Part shown: positions 1 through 11,861 of the stretch, one piece after another
Layout of the letters: each line of letters begins with the position of its first letter
Numbering within the stretch: the first letter of the stretch is position 1
Assembly: GCF_000315625.1 (NCBI RefSeq)
Contig: NW_005434608.1
Span: forward strand, 254,352 to 318,351
Direction: 5' to 3'
DNA: 64,000 bases
Source: Guillardia theta CCMP2712
Lineage: Eukaryota; Protista; Cryptophyta
The notes under the pieces: generated by a model
What the model was told of the DNA's origin: nothing
Databases searched by the model: none
The model's input: the letters and a program-made list of their open reading frames with translations, nothing else
Position numbers and translations under genes: made by a program

Positions 1-766
1 TGCAGAGTCTTCAAGCTCGATGCCCAGTGCTCTCCCTGCCCGGGCAGCAGCTGTACCAGAGGAGCACTGCTGCCATCCTGCGCTCGCTGTCACTTGACGA
101 CGTGTTCTTGGGTGAGGACAGACTGAGTGGAGATGGCACGTTGTATATCTTCATGATCATCATTCTTCCTCCTCCTCCTCCTCCTCCTCCTCCTCTGCTG
201 CTGATGCATCTTCGTCTCCTCCTCCTCCTCCTCCTCCTCCTCCTCCTCCTCCTCCTCCTCTAATAGTGCTTCTCCTCCACTTCTGCCCTTCTCCCTCAGT
301 CTTCCTTGTGACTGTTTTCCTCCTCCTCGTCCGTCGCTGCAGCGAGAGACCTCTTGGACTACGAGCAGCTGGCCGTCAGGCTTGCCACCCACCCGGGGGC
401 CATCAGGTGAAGTTCCTTGATGAGCATGCTGGACGTTGAGACTGAGGCAGGAGGACAAAGTCAGACCTCTCCGGTGTGATAGATTCGCAGAGAAATCAAA
501 ATTTCTCTCCTCCTCCTCTCGCTCCATCTTCTCGTTCTCCTGTGGCTCCTCGGCTCCTTCCAGGTTGAGGCTCCGACTCCTCCGTGCTCCCTCTGAAGAA
601 TCCATCCGACAGGAAACAGTCTCGATCTCGCCGGCGGGGTCAGACTGCTTGAAGTCGCTTTCAAGACCCTCTGGGACTTGCATCACAACGACGTGCTCCC
701 TCGTCCTGCCCTCCCGGAGGAGACAGGCCTTCGTCGTCCTTACAAGAGATTTCACGTCGTCGTCCA

Positions 767-1713
767 TCAGTTGTGAAGCGCACAAGCTTCACGGTCAAGC
801 TTGTCCTGCAGCTCTTGCAAGCGCTCCTTGCCCTCGGCTATCTCCCTCGCGTCTTCGCTGAACAGGTTGTATCTGATCTTCAAGCACCTCTTCATACACT
901 TCACCGCACTCACTATCCTCGCTCGCTCCTTCTCCCACTGCACATCCACCGTCCTCGACCAAGGGCTCATGATCCACTTTGACATCTCCACAAACACCTC
1001 GGCCAGCAGCTTGTCGTCCTTGCCCTTCCTCTCCAGCACCTCTCTCGCCTGCTTCAGCGCCGTCCACGCGCTCTGCATGGGGTTGAAGCAATCGTCGTCA
1101 GAGCCGTCGGAGTCAGCGGAGGCGTCCTTGTTGACGTAGGAGGAGTTGGCGTCGGAGAAGTTGGACAGCACCTCCTTCTCGTACAACGATCGAGACAGCA
1201 TGAGCACGGCTCGCACGCACTCCACCGAGTCTTCCTCAAAGTTGTCTATTTTCTCCTCGATCGCCACCGTCAGCAGGTCCACAGCATCGTCGTACCTTCC
1301 TTCCTCGAACGCAGTTTCTGCGAACCCTATGCACTGATCGGCCGTCATGACGTCGTCGTGCGGGAGGACCCTCTTCTCATCCTGCATATTCTCACCCTCC
1401 TCCGCCTCCTCCTCCTCCTCCTCTGCTTCTGAAACATTGCATGCTCGCTTCAGATCATCTATGTGAACGCGTGGGACGGGAACATCCGCTCCTATGCCCC
1501 CTCTCAGCTGCAGCAGGCAGCGTGCAGAAGACCTGGGGGGACTCAGTAGGAGGGAGTATGACAGAGCAGACTATGGGCTCACCTGATATTGAGGATACCC
1601 CATCTCCCTCCTCTGTTCACCTCCCCGTGGGTCTTCTTCAGCTGAGGATCAACCAAACCGCAGGCTATGGCCACGAGCCAAGAGACGAGGATGAAGTACT
1701 TGACGGACGGCAT
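767..1713 (-). CDS. Signal-peptide-bearing NASP/Sim3-like (SHNi-TPR) protein; may continue via further exons below 767
   Basis: ATG at 1713 gives MPSVKYFILVSWLVAIACG. A GT-AG intron at 1533-1582 joins in frame through LLQLRGG into ORF 767..1387. That ORF has YDDAVDLL..FEEDSVEC..acidic insert..MQSAWTALKQAREVL..LAEVF, matching the interrupted-TPR pattern of NASP. Confidence 0.6.
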
Positions 1714-1984
1714 GCTCTGATCGGCTCAGATCCCGGGCATCTGCCGACATGTGGTTCAGGCCGAGGAAACATCTCCCCCTATCAGCATCCTTCTCTCACA
1801 CAGACATACAGCATCCTAACCTCCTCATGCAGCATGTGATACATCTCGTTGGGATCTTGCGCTACACATACGCGCCCCTCCTCTCCTTCCTAACTGACTC
1901 TCTTCCCTCCTCTCCCGCAGGCCTTTGAGGCAGGCTTGTGAGGCAGCCGCCTTCAAGTGGCCGCGATGATGAGTAGTCACGCAT

Positions 1985-2335
1985 GATTGGACCGTGCCCG
2001 GCCGCCCCGCCCGGCCCCTCGGAGCCGGGCCTCAGGCCGGGCCCGGGGCTCATCCTCTCAGTCCCCCCCCCGCCGGTGGGCCGGGCCGGACTCCGGTCCG
2101 GGTCACGAGTGACACACCGTGGCGCAGTGCCGCACCGGGCCGCGGGGGGCCGGGGGATCGGACCGCCGGACCGGACTCATGATTCGCAATGAGAGAGTCG
2201 CTGTGTACAGTGCCCCCCGCCGAAGGAGTGTATTCCGAGAGCGGCTGAGTGCCTCCCGCCCCCCGCGACTCAGTCCCGGCGGGCCGCCAGCGCCCGGCCG
2301 CCGCCAGCCCCGGCATCGAATCACTGAGGCGGACT
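1985..2335. promoter_or_regulatory. GC-rich CCGG/GGCC island between divergent genes
   Basis: Dense ccgggc/ggcccg and actcag/ctgagt motifs between a minus-strand start (1713) and a plus-strand gene. Confidence 0.45.
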
Positions 2336-2740
2336 TCCAACAAGCTTTGCCACTACCAGGAGTTACTGTTACCAGGGCATGGCGGGGGCAAGCAGCGACG
2401 GAATGCGCACTGCAAACGCCGCCAGTATGAGCAGGAGCGACCGGACGAGGTGAAGTAATGAGGTGTCTTCTATGTTGAGATGTTTGTCGCTCAAGTGTGT
2501 GTTGAGCGTGCTCATAATTCCATCGGGCCCAAGCAAGCTTTTGTTCGAGCATACTCAAAGTTTGTGGCGAGATGAGATGACATGCCTTCTATCATGTGTG
2601 TGCGGAGTGCAATCAAGGGAGAGACTGTGCAAGACAGAACACTGTTCTGATTTGAGTCAAGGGGTGCAAAGGAGGTTCTCATTCTTTCTCAGACGCTTCC
2701 CGCTCCATGCTTCGGCGTTAGCTTGGTTGATACACTTGGC

Positions 2741-5618
2741 CATGCAAACTCATCCACGCGGCTCGAAGCCTTATCCAACGATCTACTACAAACGAGTAGA
2801 CTCTCTGGCGGGTGGTTCTACCGCACTCTTGTGAGTGGATCATCGCTCGTTTGATCGCAATCTTGCTGATTCCGCCATGTGCAGAGAGTCTCTGAAGCAA
2901 ATGAACGTAACTCCATCTCTACCACCAAAGTCGGTCCTGTTCTCGTCGGCAAGAGGATCTTTACCGGGATATCCGGACAGAAATCTTGACTTGTTTGCAA
3001 CAATGAATTGGTTCTCGGTCTCTGCAGGAGGTGGATGAAATTGAACATGTTTCTACCAGTGAATCAATCTGCAGGTTTTCATTCCTGTGGTATTCGCAGA
3101 TACTTCAACTCGTCCAAGCACACACTTCCAGTTGACTACTCCACATTCGACCACATGTCACCAGATGATGCTCCCGGACAGCTGAGGTTTGTACCCTGTC
3201 GATCAAGGTTCAACCTCCTGACTCTCAGGAACAGATGTTGGGGCATGTACGACTACGGTCAAATCCATCCCTTGCCGTTGCCATTTGGGGAGGCCTCGAA
3301 ATTGAGGAGATGTACAACAAGTGGAGGTTGCTTTCGGGATCTTATTCAGTCTGCCAGGCACCGGGGATAGCAGTCGCACAATCACGCTCGGTCAATCGAT
3401 GGCAAAGGGGCTCCCCCCCATCCCTCTGCAGGTGGTAGAGAGAGACTGTTGGGATTGGGACGACGGGTGGAGAAACATTTCTGCCGGTCATTCAGCGAGC
3501 GTGAGACATGAATCGCCCTCTAAGTTTGCAGCAGGATGGCTGCACACATGTGGGATCCTCGCCAACGGAACGATGCTGTGCTGGGGAAACAACGCCAACG
3601 GGGAGCTCGGGACGCCCTAGTGAGACCTCTGTGGTGCGGTCTTGCGAGGGGAGCTGACGTGTGATGGAGTTGGAATGCCTCGGATGGGATAACATGTCAG
3701 GGTCAGAGTCAGAGCGACAACTGCATCGTGCGACTGGAGGGCACCTGGGTGATTGAGCAAGAGTGCCGAAAGATTCCCTCCGACCTGACGTTGAACTTGT
3801 AAGGCCCTCACGGAGACTGGTGGAGTATCAGCTGGAAGACAGCACACATGTGCCATCATGTGCACTCCTACCTCACCCAAGGCTGTAGACTCATTCACAG
3901 TAGTCGGTGAGAGATTGCTTCATCCCTTCCTCCCTCGCTTCTGATTTGTTGCAGGTGCCCCGTACGCTATGCCCTGGCCTTCGTCTCCTCCAGAGACTTG
4001 CACGCAAGGCGTTGTCAAGTGAGGAACAGACGGGATCTGCCTTGTCAGCCCTTGCTGAAGGCGACGCAGGTGCTGGGGGGATGATACGTTCTATCAAGCT
4101 CAGAAAGGGGTGGATGAGTTGTTCAAAAACGAGCAATACGACGACTTTATCAGCGTGTGTACAGCAACTGCTCATTCTTGTGAGAGCTTCACCCGTTTGC
4201 TCGAGTATTAGCATCCTGATAACTTCTTCTGCTGCCAGGCGCTGTAAGACGGGAAGGATCCTTGTATTGCTGGGGTTATGATGGGAACACGAGAACGACG
4301 ATTCCAGCAGCGTACGCTGCTCAGAAATGGATCGCAGTGCGATGCAAGGTCATTTCCGAACTGATCGAGTGAGGAGGAGGGACTGATTTGCAGACAGGGA
4401 GCCCACACTTGCGGGCTGACTACCCCGAATGCAATCGGCCGATCTACTCTTATATGCTGGGGCTACAGTGGGTACGGACAGACAAGCGTGCCTTACTTTG
4501 AGAAACAAGTACGTTGACCGGTCAAGGTGAAGGATCAACTGAATCAGCCCCTCGTCTGTAGGTATTGATCCCACAGAATTCGTCGACAGTACCAGAAATT
4601 CAGATTCTGGTGACTTTTGCGAGCCCGGATGCACTGACTGAAAGCGACTGAACTGCAATGCTGTCAGCAACTTGACCGGAGCGTCCTCACGTTCGACACT
4701 GGCGATGTCAACACATGCGCATTATGGCAGTTGACCGAGGTCTGAATGCCTCCATCCTCTCGCCCCGATGTCACTCTTCTGACTGGTCGCTCCCTCTCAG
4801 GCGGAACAGACTTGCGACACTGCCAACTCAATCCCCCCAGCTCTCAACGGACAGTAAGTGAAAAGCATGCTGAACCCACGGCCTTGACAGCCTCGTGCAA
4901 GGTGCTGGGGCGACGGCTCATACGCGCAGAGCAACCTCCCTCTGCGTCCTCTGGGATATACGGCAATCAAGATCTGTGACGTGCTGATCTGGAACAAGAT
5001 AACGGTGAGGAAATTCTCTGTGAAATCTTCCAGCTGATGACTTCTACTTCCTTGCTCGTCAGGCTGGCTCGGCGCATACATGTGGGATCACTATCGACGA
5101 CCCCGGTCAAGACTGTTCCCAGGTCCTGTTTCCCCGTCCTAGCGTGCTGGTTGTGAAACATGACATGTCCGTACAGGAGTCGAGATGCGACGAATACCCT
5201 CCTCCTCTCTGCAACCCAACCTGCGATCCTCGCACTCGCTATCCGGGAGCTCCCATCATCAAATGCCCGCGGTATGTGAAAGGATACCTGATAGGCGTCT
5301 CTCCAAGGTGAAACCGCAGGAACGTCTTGCATGCTGAATGGTATGACATGCTCTGCAGATTCAACCCCGGGGACGGGAACTCTCCTCTTTGCGTTCCAGC
5401 AAGAACCAACTACATGAGGAAATGACATGCTGGACGAGGCAAGGCATCAAGACTCTCTGCTGACTCTTCTTCCTCTCAGGTGTTGGGGCTCGGACAGCAA
5501 TGGTCAGATCTTCATGCCAGGGAGCAAGGCATCCGAGTTAACCCCGGACTTCCTCTCCGTGTCTTTCTTTGCATGCCTGCTGCTCCTAGGAAGAGCTCAC
5601 GATTACAGTGTTGGATAA
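2741..5618 (+). CDS. Multi-exon RCC1/BLIP-II-repeat protein with hydrophobic C-terminus (possible GPI anchor); 5' end uncertain
   Basis: Repeated motifs across short exons: SAGFHSCGI..CWG..YGQ, AAGWLHTCGILANGTMLCWGNNANGELG, SAGRQHTCAI, AGSAHTCGI, CWGSDSNGQ. It ends FLSVSFFACLLLLGRAHDYSVG*. Confidence 0.6.
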
Positions 5619-6146
5619 ACCACGATTACAGTGTTGTATAAACTACGATTACAGTGTTGGATAGACTACGATTACAGTGTTGATAAACTACGATTACAGT
5701 GTTGGATAGACTACGATTACAGTGTTGGATAAACCACGATTACAGTGTTGGATAAACTACGATCACAGTGTTGGATAGACTACGATTACAGTGTTGATAA
5801 ACTACGATCACAGTGTTGGATAGACTACGATTACAGTGTTGGATAGACTACGATCACAGTGTTGGATAGACTACGATTACAGTGTTGGATAGACTACGAT
5901 TACAGTGTTGGATAGACTACGATTACAGTGTTGGATAGACTACGATTACAGTGTTGGATAAACTACGATCACAGTGTTGGATAGACTACGATTACAGTGT
6001 TGATAAACTACGATTACAGTGTTGATAAACTACGATTACAGTGTTGGATAGACTACGATTACAGTGTTGGATAAACTACGATTACAGTGTTGGATAAACT
6101 ATGATCATAGTGTTGGATAAACTACGATTACAGTGTTGGATAAACT
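5601..6146. repeat. Minisatellite, 23-bp unit GATTACAGTGTTGGATA(A/G)ACTAC, about 24 copies
   Basis: Head-to-tail copies with A/G, T/C and 1-nt deletion variants; no spacers. Confidence 0.95.
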
Positions 6147-6322
6147 CTACCTCAACTTATCGTGCATAGCATGACGAGATTGTTCGTTTCCCTCACCTTG
6201 CCCGGCTTGTTCTGCATGTCGTTCGCAAAGGACTACGAAGCCCGCCTCGGCGTCGGCTTCAAAGAGAATGGCGGGAGGGGAAGTGAACGGATGGGCTGAT
6301 GAGCAGGCAGGATGAAGGAAGA

Positions 6323-6428
<106 letters not shown>

Positions 6429-6790
6429 AGGAAGGAAGGAATGATTGCAGGCAGGCTGGTAGACAAGCGAGGAAGTAGGATACTGCAGACTTTTATGTGA
6501 GCAAAACATCTTGAAACATCGAGACTGAAGGACAATAGCTCGAGGCAGATCTTGTTTGTGTTCATCAGCCAAAACCTTTGTGATCCGTTCAACTGAGGCA
6601 GAGATTGCAACAAGAGTTGCAAATTGCAGGAGGTTTGATCTCTGCTGTATGTTGTTTTCATCCTGTTATTTAAATCTCCTTCGCGATGGCCATGTTTGAC
6701 AATACTTTTGCTCAGCCCCGTCAGACTTGAGAGGAAACAAGCGAAGAGTGCAAGTTTTCTTGGACGTGACAAGATCCATCCTGTAACAGG

Positions 6791-7288
6791 ATGAGGCTCC
6801 ACATCGAGTGGTTGCGATTGCTGATGACCATGTTCATGCTCTTGACTATAGTGGCAACCAACCATGCCCGGTGCATCCTAGCAACCATCCAGTACAGCGA
6901 GAAGTACACAGACAGCACCTACGAGTACAGGTGAAGTCACATCAACAGAGGAGCCGGGGACATGACAGTGCTGGCATGCTGCAGACACGTCATCCTCCCC
7001 CAAGAGACTGCTCGCATGTGCCCCAAGAACAAGCTGCTGACAGAAACTGAGTGGAGGAGCCTCGGGGTGCAGCAGTCGAGGGGATGGGTTCACTATGCCA
7101 TCCACAAGTTGGTCCCGTCGTCTCCTCAAGGATACTTCTGACACATCTCCGTGCAGGCCAGAACCGCACATCCTCCTCTTCCGTCGGCCTCTTGGAACTG
7201 ATCCTGTACCTCCAGTCATGAGTTGGTTGTTGCGCTGACTGCGATACAGGTGACAGGAAAGGTAGTTGACAAGGCAGAGCAGAAGTGA
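6791..7288 (+). CDS. CKS1: Cyclin-dependent kinase regulatory subunit (Cks1/Suc1); start uncertain
   Basis: Spliced exons give [15 protein letters not shown]|[41 protein letters not shown]|[16 protein letters not shown]|[12 protein letters not shown]. Confidence 0.93.
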
Positions 7289-7553
7289 AACGAACGTCTT
7301 GCTCCTCCGCTCATGCTGCGAACTCCTTACTGATCGTCCCCTGCGTTCAAACCCTTGCCTGCTCCAGCGGCCGAACGATGCCGAATGTTCTGGTGCTGGT
7401 GTCATGGTTTATTATCTCCTATTCCTACAACATTTTCTCTCCTTCTCTTCTTTCCTCCGCTTGCCTGTACACTTGTCTTGATATGTCAGTCGGAGACTAT
7501 CGGCCTGTCTGAGGAGAACGGAGCTCGGTCTACCTGTATCCGTTAAAGATCCT

Positions 7554-9767
7554 TCAGTTGTGCTTGAATCGTCTCTCATAGTACTTGCTCATGCTAGAAA
7601 CCAACAAGAAGGTGCAGGCGCACAAGACAAGACCGCACGCAAACACGGCTTGCTCGACTGTCGTCTCCTCCTCTAGGTAGACCATGGCTCCAAGGTTCAG
7701 CTGCCAGTTCGACTCTGTCCACACAACATGGGACATGTTGCGGTCGCCCTGAGACAAGACGAACTGAGACTGGTTGACATCCCATGCCACACCGAGAGGA
7801 AGAGCGTCTTGAAAGAAGGCGAAGGATCGGACGCACTTGCCCTGCAGGCAGCGAAAGTGCTTCACAGGCTGACAGGAGCCCGACGGATCGCAACAGTCGC
7901 AGGCTGAGGCTTCCTTGCTCGTCTCGTTCACTTCTCCTGGAGCAGAGGTGGCCATGGCAAGCTGCTCAAAGAGGAAGCGCTCCCTCTCGCTCGGGCCGCG
8001 CAGGGTGGGAGGCTGGTAGACGGACGTGTAGGATGAGGACGGGGCTTCCTGCTCCGAATGCTTCCACATGATCTTCCCTGCAAGCTCCCTCACCAACGTG
8101 CAGTTGGCGTGCAGGGCAGGAGCTTCAGCTCCTGTGGACAGGCTGTACAGGACCATACTCAGACGTGAAGCTGCCCGACACAAGCCCTCGGCCCGCAGCT
8201 CGGCTCCTCCGCTCTGAATCTTGTCGAAGCGGCTCTGATAAAAAGGGTTGGTGAAGTGGGAGCTGTATCCTGCAAGCAGAGCCCTTCCCTTGGGTGCCTT
8301 TGCCAACTTGCGAGCTTCCTGCTGCCCCGTCGCCTCCTCCAAGACGCTGCCCACAATGGTTGAGGGTGGGAATGGCAGGCCCTCGTCAGGGGAAGCGACT
8401 CCCGCAACCCCCGGGACGGAAGCTTGTTTGAGCACGAGCTCTCGAGCCTTCACTGAGGAATCGGAGGGCGAGCAGCCAGTATGGAAGAAGAGCCCCTGAG
8501 ACTCTCCCAGCTCTCCACCGGCTGACGTCAGCTGGTCGACTTCAAGCACGAAGTCTATGGGGTTGTCCCGCAGCTGGACGATCTCGGGGGATAGCATGGG
8601 AGGGTCGACGCAGACATCGTTGGGAAGGCCGTTGGAAGGAGAGGTTTTGATCTTGCGGCAAGAGAAGTTGGCTATGTCACTGAGGAGCTTTCGGGAGCCT
8701 ATATGGTCCCATTGCTCCCCTTGCAACAGCGCGAAAACGATAGGAGTACCCGCCAGCTCCTGCATCTTTCTTCGCACATCCTTGAGGGCATCGGCAGCAG
8801 CGATCAAGGCCACCACAGCAGATCCTTGGGAGGAGGCTCCCTCGGCAAGGTCATGGAAGAACGCGCTGGAGTCCATGGCTGCTGCTGCGACAATGATTCC
8901 TTGGGAGGGCGGAGGGGGGAACGAGGGAGAGTCGACGGACCAGATGTTGTACCCTCCCAAGGGCAGACACGTCTGCTTGCCGATGCAATCATACGAGGTC
9001 GGTTCCTTCTGTCGAGCGCATGTCGGCTGAGCCCATGACACTGGGTGGGTCTTGGAGGAGGTGCACTCGAACCCAAAGTCGCAACACGACCCTGCACAGT
9101 TGGGCCTGCAGTTGGGACAGCACGAGTCCACCTGTTGTAGCTCCCACCAGCTCTCCTGCTCGAGGCGGAAGCCTTGGAAGACGTCCATGTAGAAGTTCAT
9201 CCTCACGACCAGGGCTGGCATCCAGGGCTTCACCTGCGCTATGAGCCCTTTGAGCTGGGCCGTCCTCGACGAGTTCACAGCGATGATAGGGAAGTTGAAA
9301 CTCTGCTCCGAGAGGCTGTTCCCTGGGACGTTCCACTTCCCACTGCACCCAGATGGAGCTTTCTGCTCCTCACACTTGCAGTAGCGCATGGGGTTAGCTG
9401 GTGAGAAAACCCCCGACGTCGGCAGGTCGTCGGAGCGGGCAAGCAGGATACCTGAACATCTACTGGACTTCTTGAGCGCCAGCATGTTCTCTAGAGTGAA
9501 GAGATCCTCGTTGAGGAGGACCGCCCTCCTAGACACGTCCTTATCTTGAAACAAGGCATCCAGATCCGCCTGCTTTTCCGCAACTACCAACCTCCCTGCC
9601 TCCCCTCCTGCCATGGCCGACCTGCATCCCACGGCGCCCAGGTTGTTAATCAGTGTGGTGCATGAAACCTCGCTGTTTAGTTCCATGCGCATGATGGGTT
9701 CCGCCATGGCGGCGCTCGCTGCCGCCACCAACCACATGGCCCTCCATACCCACCGGCATGCTGGCAT
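7554..9767 (-). CDS. NCSTN: Nicastrin (gamma-secretase subunit), intronless
   Basis: Signal peptide; CTTLINNLGAVGCRS; DSSAFFHDLAEGA; GEQWDHIGS (DYIGS equivalent); NPFYQSRFD; WTESNW; C-terminal TM helix. Confidence 0.92.
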   Translation of the reverse strand: MPACRWVWRAMWLVAAASAAMAEPIMRMELNSEVSCTTLINNLGAVGCRSAMAGGEAGRLVVAEKQADLDALFQDKDVSRRAVLLNEDLFTLENMLALKKSSRCSGILLARSDDLPTSGVFSPANPMRYCKCEEQKAPSGCSGKWNVPGNSLSEQSFNFPIIAVNSSRTAQLKGLIAQVKPWMPALVVRMNFYMDVFQGFRLEQESWWELQQVDSCCPNCRPNCAGSCCDFGFECTSSKTHPVSWAQPTCARQKEPTSYDCIGKQTCLPLGGYNIWSVDSPSFPPPPSQGIIVAAAAMDSSAFFHDLAEGASSQGSAVVALIAAADALKDVRRKMQELAGTPIVFALLQGEQWDHIGSRKLLSDIANFSCRKIKTSPSNGLPNDVCVDPPMLSPEIVQLRDNPIDFVLEVDQLTSAGGELGESQGLFFHTGCSPSDSSVKARELVLKQASVPGVAGVASPDEGLPFPPSTIVGSVLEEATGQQEARKLAKAPKGRALLAGYSSHFTNPFYQSRFDKIQSGGAELRAEGLCRAASRLSMVLYSLSTGAEAPALHANCTLVRELAGKIMWKHSEQEAPSSSYTSVYQPPTLRGPSERERFLFEQLAMATSAPGEVNETSKEASACDCCDPSGSCQPVKHFRCLQGKCVRSFAFFQDALPLGVAWDVNQSQFVLSQGDRNMSHVVWTESNWQLNLGAMVYLEEETTVEQAVFACGLVLCACTFLLVSSMSKYYERRFKHN

Positions 9768-9899
9768 GCCCTGCCCGTAAATGCTCCCTGAGGCGAGCCC
9801 TGCAGCAAAAGAAACAGTGCTGTAATGATCACTTATCTTTGATGAGTAATCTATCTGTATGTAGTCTACTTTAACTTAACTTTAGTAGGTATCCACTTC

Positions 9900-9995
9900 T
9901 TACTGAGTCACTCGCGTGAGCTGCGGCCCGGGCCCAACGATATTGCCCGGGCATCGGGCCCCGGGCCCCGGGCCCGGTGTCGGCCGGGATGACTG
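9900..9995. promoter_or_regulatory. GC-rich CCGGG island upstream of nicastrin
   Basis: actgagtcactc followed by repeated cccggg/gggccc palindromes. Confidence 0.4.
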
Positions 9996-11104
9996 AGAGG
10001 TTAACTTTAAAATCAACTACGGAATAACGGTCATCAATTTGCGAAGACAACACAGCTCCCCAATGGATGACCCACCCCTGTGAGTTCACCCTACCACCCC
10101 CCTCTCCCATCTGGTTGAAGTTTGAAGTGACACGTTGAACCATTCACTATGCCTCATACAGCGCATTTACTGAGGATCTCGTCCTATCAAATACCCTTAT
10201 GTGCTCATGTCCCCTTTCTGGTCTGCCGCCACCACCACGACTGTGGTACCCCTACCCCCCTCTTTCCTCGACTGCAGGTGAATGAACCCCTGCAACGAGC
10301 TTAACTTTGAGTCTGTGTGCCTGCGAAAATTTTAAAAGCTTTACCTGGGATTTAATCTGTCTCACGGATGAGTTTTAAAAAATAGTTAACCCTATGAGAG
10401 CTATGCCTTTTGGGTCCTAGGAAATCATCATCTGTATGGGGAGACGAGGTCCTAGCATGCTTCAGGAGCAACCTGTTAGGCTGACAGGACCAAAACGACC
10501 TTAGCTGGTCATAGAAGGGCTATGTCAGTGGTCATAGCATCCTATGTTTGCACCGCGCGAACCTCTCAACCCCACCTCCATCACATGAGTACCCCCACAA
10601 TTCCTGTTTGAAAGTACCCGTATCTATTCACTTTCACGAGCACCCTACCCCCCAATTTACCTGTAACAACCCTGTGACTTCCACCCTTTCGTCCGATTAC
10701 ATTCGCCTCCTCCACCCTCATTTGCAGTTCACATTTGTCCAGTGTGCTGTTCCTCTCCTCTTCTCCCTCTTCCCCCCTCTTCCCCTCCCCCCCTCCCCCC
10801 CCTCTCCTTCCTTCACTTGCCGATTCTGTTGGCTTTCCTCTGACCTCCTTCATTCTCTCTCCTTGCTTCTTTGAGTCGGAGTCTGGCCTCAGCTTGTTAT
10901 TTCGTTTTCAACCGAACTCTAAACCTTCTGTTCCTTCCACTGTTGCTTTTCCACGAGCCAGTCCTCTATTCTCGTCATTATTGTACTTGACGTTGAAGCC
11001 CAATCCCTCGTCTGTGCTGGATGAACATCTTGGGCTGATTCAGTTCTTCTTAGTTAGTCCGCAGTAATTTGCCATCTACACGCAAACTCTTTCTGAAGAT
11101 CGAG

Positions 11105-11833
11105 ATGGTTAACCTCGCGAATCGAGTGGGATGCTTCTCCATGATCAAGTACTTTACTATTCGGGCACAGAGACCAGAAGATGCACACCTTGGTATCGAA
11201 GCAAAACTTATGTCCGGCAGTTTCCGCGAGCCTCAGTTCTGTATGCAGTACCCGCTACGTCCCGTAGGAAGTTTCTCAGTGATTGAGCAGCATGAGAGCA
11301 TTCATGACAGGGTGAACAATACCTTCGTCAGCTGCAATTTCGAGATTGCTGAACCACGGCACGTACACGATCCTGCTGACCTCGTTAATGGCGGCTTGGA
11401 GTCGAACTATTCTTCAGCAACTTCAGATTTGTCGAGGGCATCGACTTTGGACTCTTGCAAGCCAGAAAATCATAAGCTTTGTCTGGATGGTTTTGAAGAA
11501 ACCGAGCCAGCAATGGCAGCGGAAACCATTGACTTCATTGATATTCAAGATAACTCGACATTCCTGATGCAGAACCTTGTTGGTCACAACGCGACACTTG
11601 GCCAGCAATTCCTTGTTCCATTGAGGGCAAATAACAGCTCTGTAAAGCCTGGTAGACATTGCAGTACAACTTTCACGAAACTCCAACAAGTCGGCGCCAA
11701 GATCCAGCAGCGTCAAGAGCAGGTATCCGTCGTCCACAAACATATTTCAAACAAAGCTTTTCAGCCAAAGTCTCCCAAGGTTTTGAATTGCAGGAGATTG
11801 TACAATGTTCCACGACAGATCTACATGATGTAA
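11105..11833 (+). CDS. Hypothetical protein, single long exon
   Basis: Open frame of ~240 codons from ATG 11105; no recognisable motif. Confidence 0.45.
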   Translation: MVNLANRVGCFSMIKYFTIRAQRPEDAHLGIEAKLMSGSFREPQFCMQYPLRPVGSFSVIEQHESIHDRVNNTFVSCNFEIAEPRHVHDPADLVNGGLESNYSSATSDLSRASTLDSCKPENHKLCLDGFEETEPAMAAETIDFIDIQDNSTFLMQNLVGHNATLGQQFLVPLRANNSSVKPGRHCSTTFTKLQQVGAKIQQRQEQVSVVHKHISNKAFQPKSPKVLNCRRLYNVPRQIYMM

Positions 11834-11861
11834 TCTGATTTTTAATGTATAGAAATTAGCT

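Noticed and set aside
1862-2558. Overlapping Pro/Gly/Arg-rich ORFs
   Set aside because: By-products of the GC-rich intergenic island
5601-6146. CRISPR array, or RSS/Transib-like CACAGTG signals
   Set aside because: Units are contiguous with no unique spacers and there are no cas or transposase genes. CACAGTG arises only from a T/C variant and has no nonamer.
6871-6881. 11-nt GT-AG micro-intron giving [11 protein letters not shown] in CKS1
   Set aside because: It restores frame neatly but is far below the intron sizes seen here, and an in-frame upstream ATG exists
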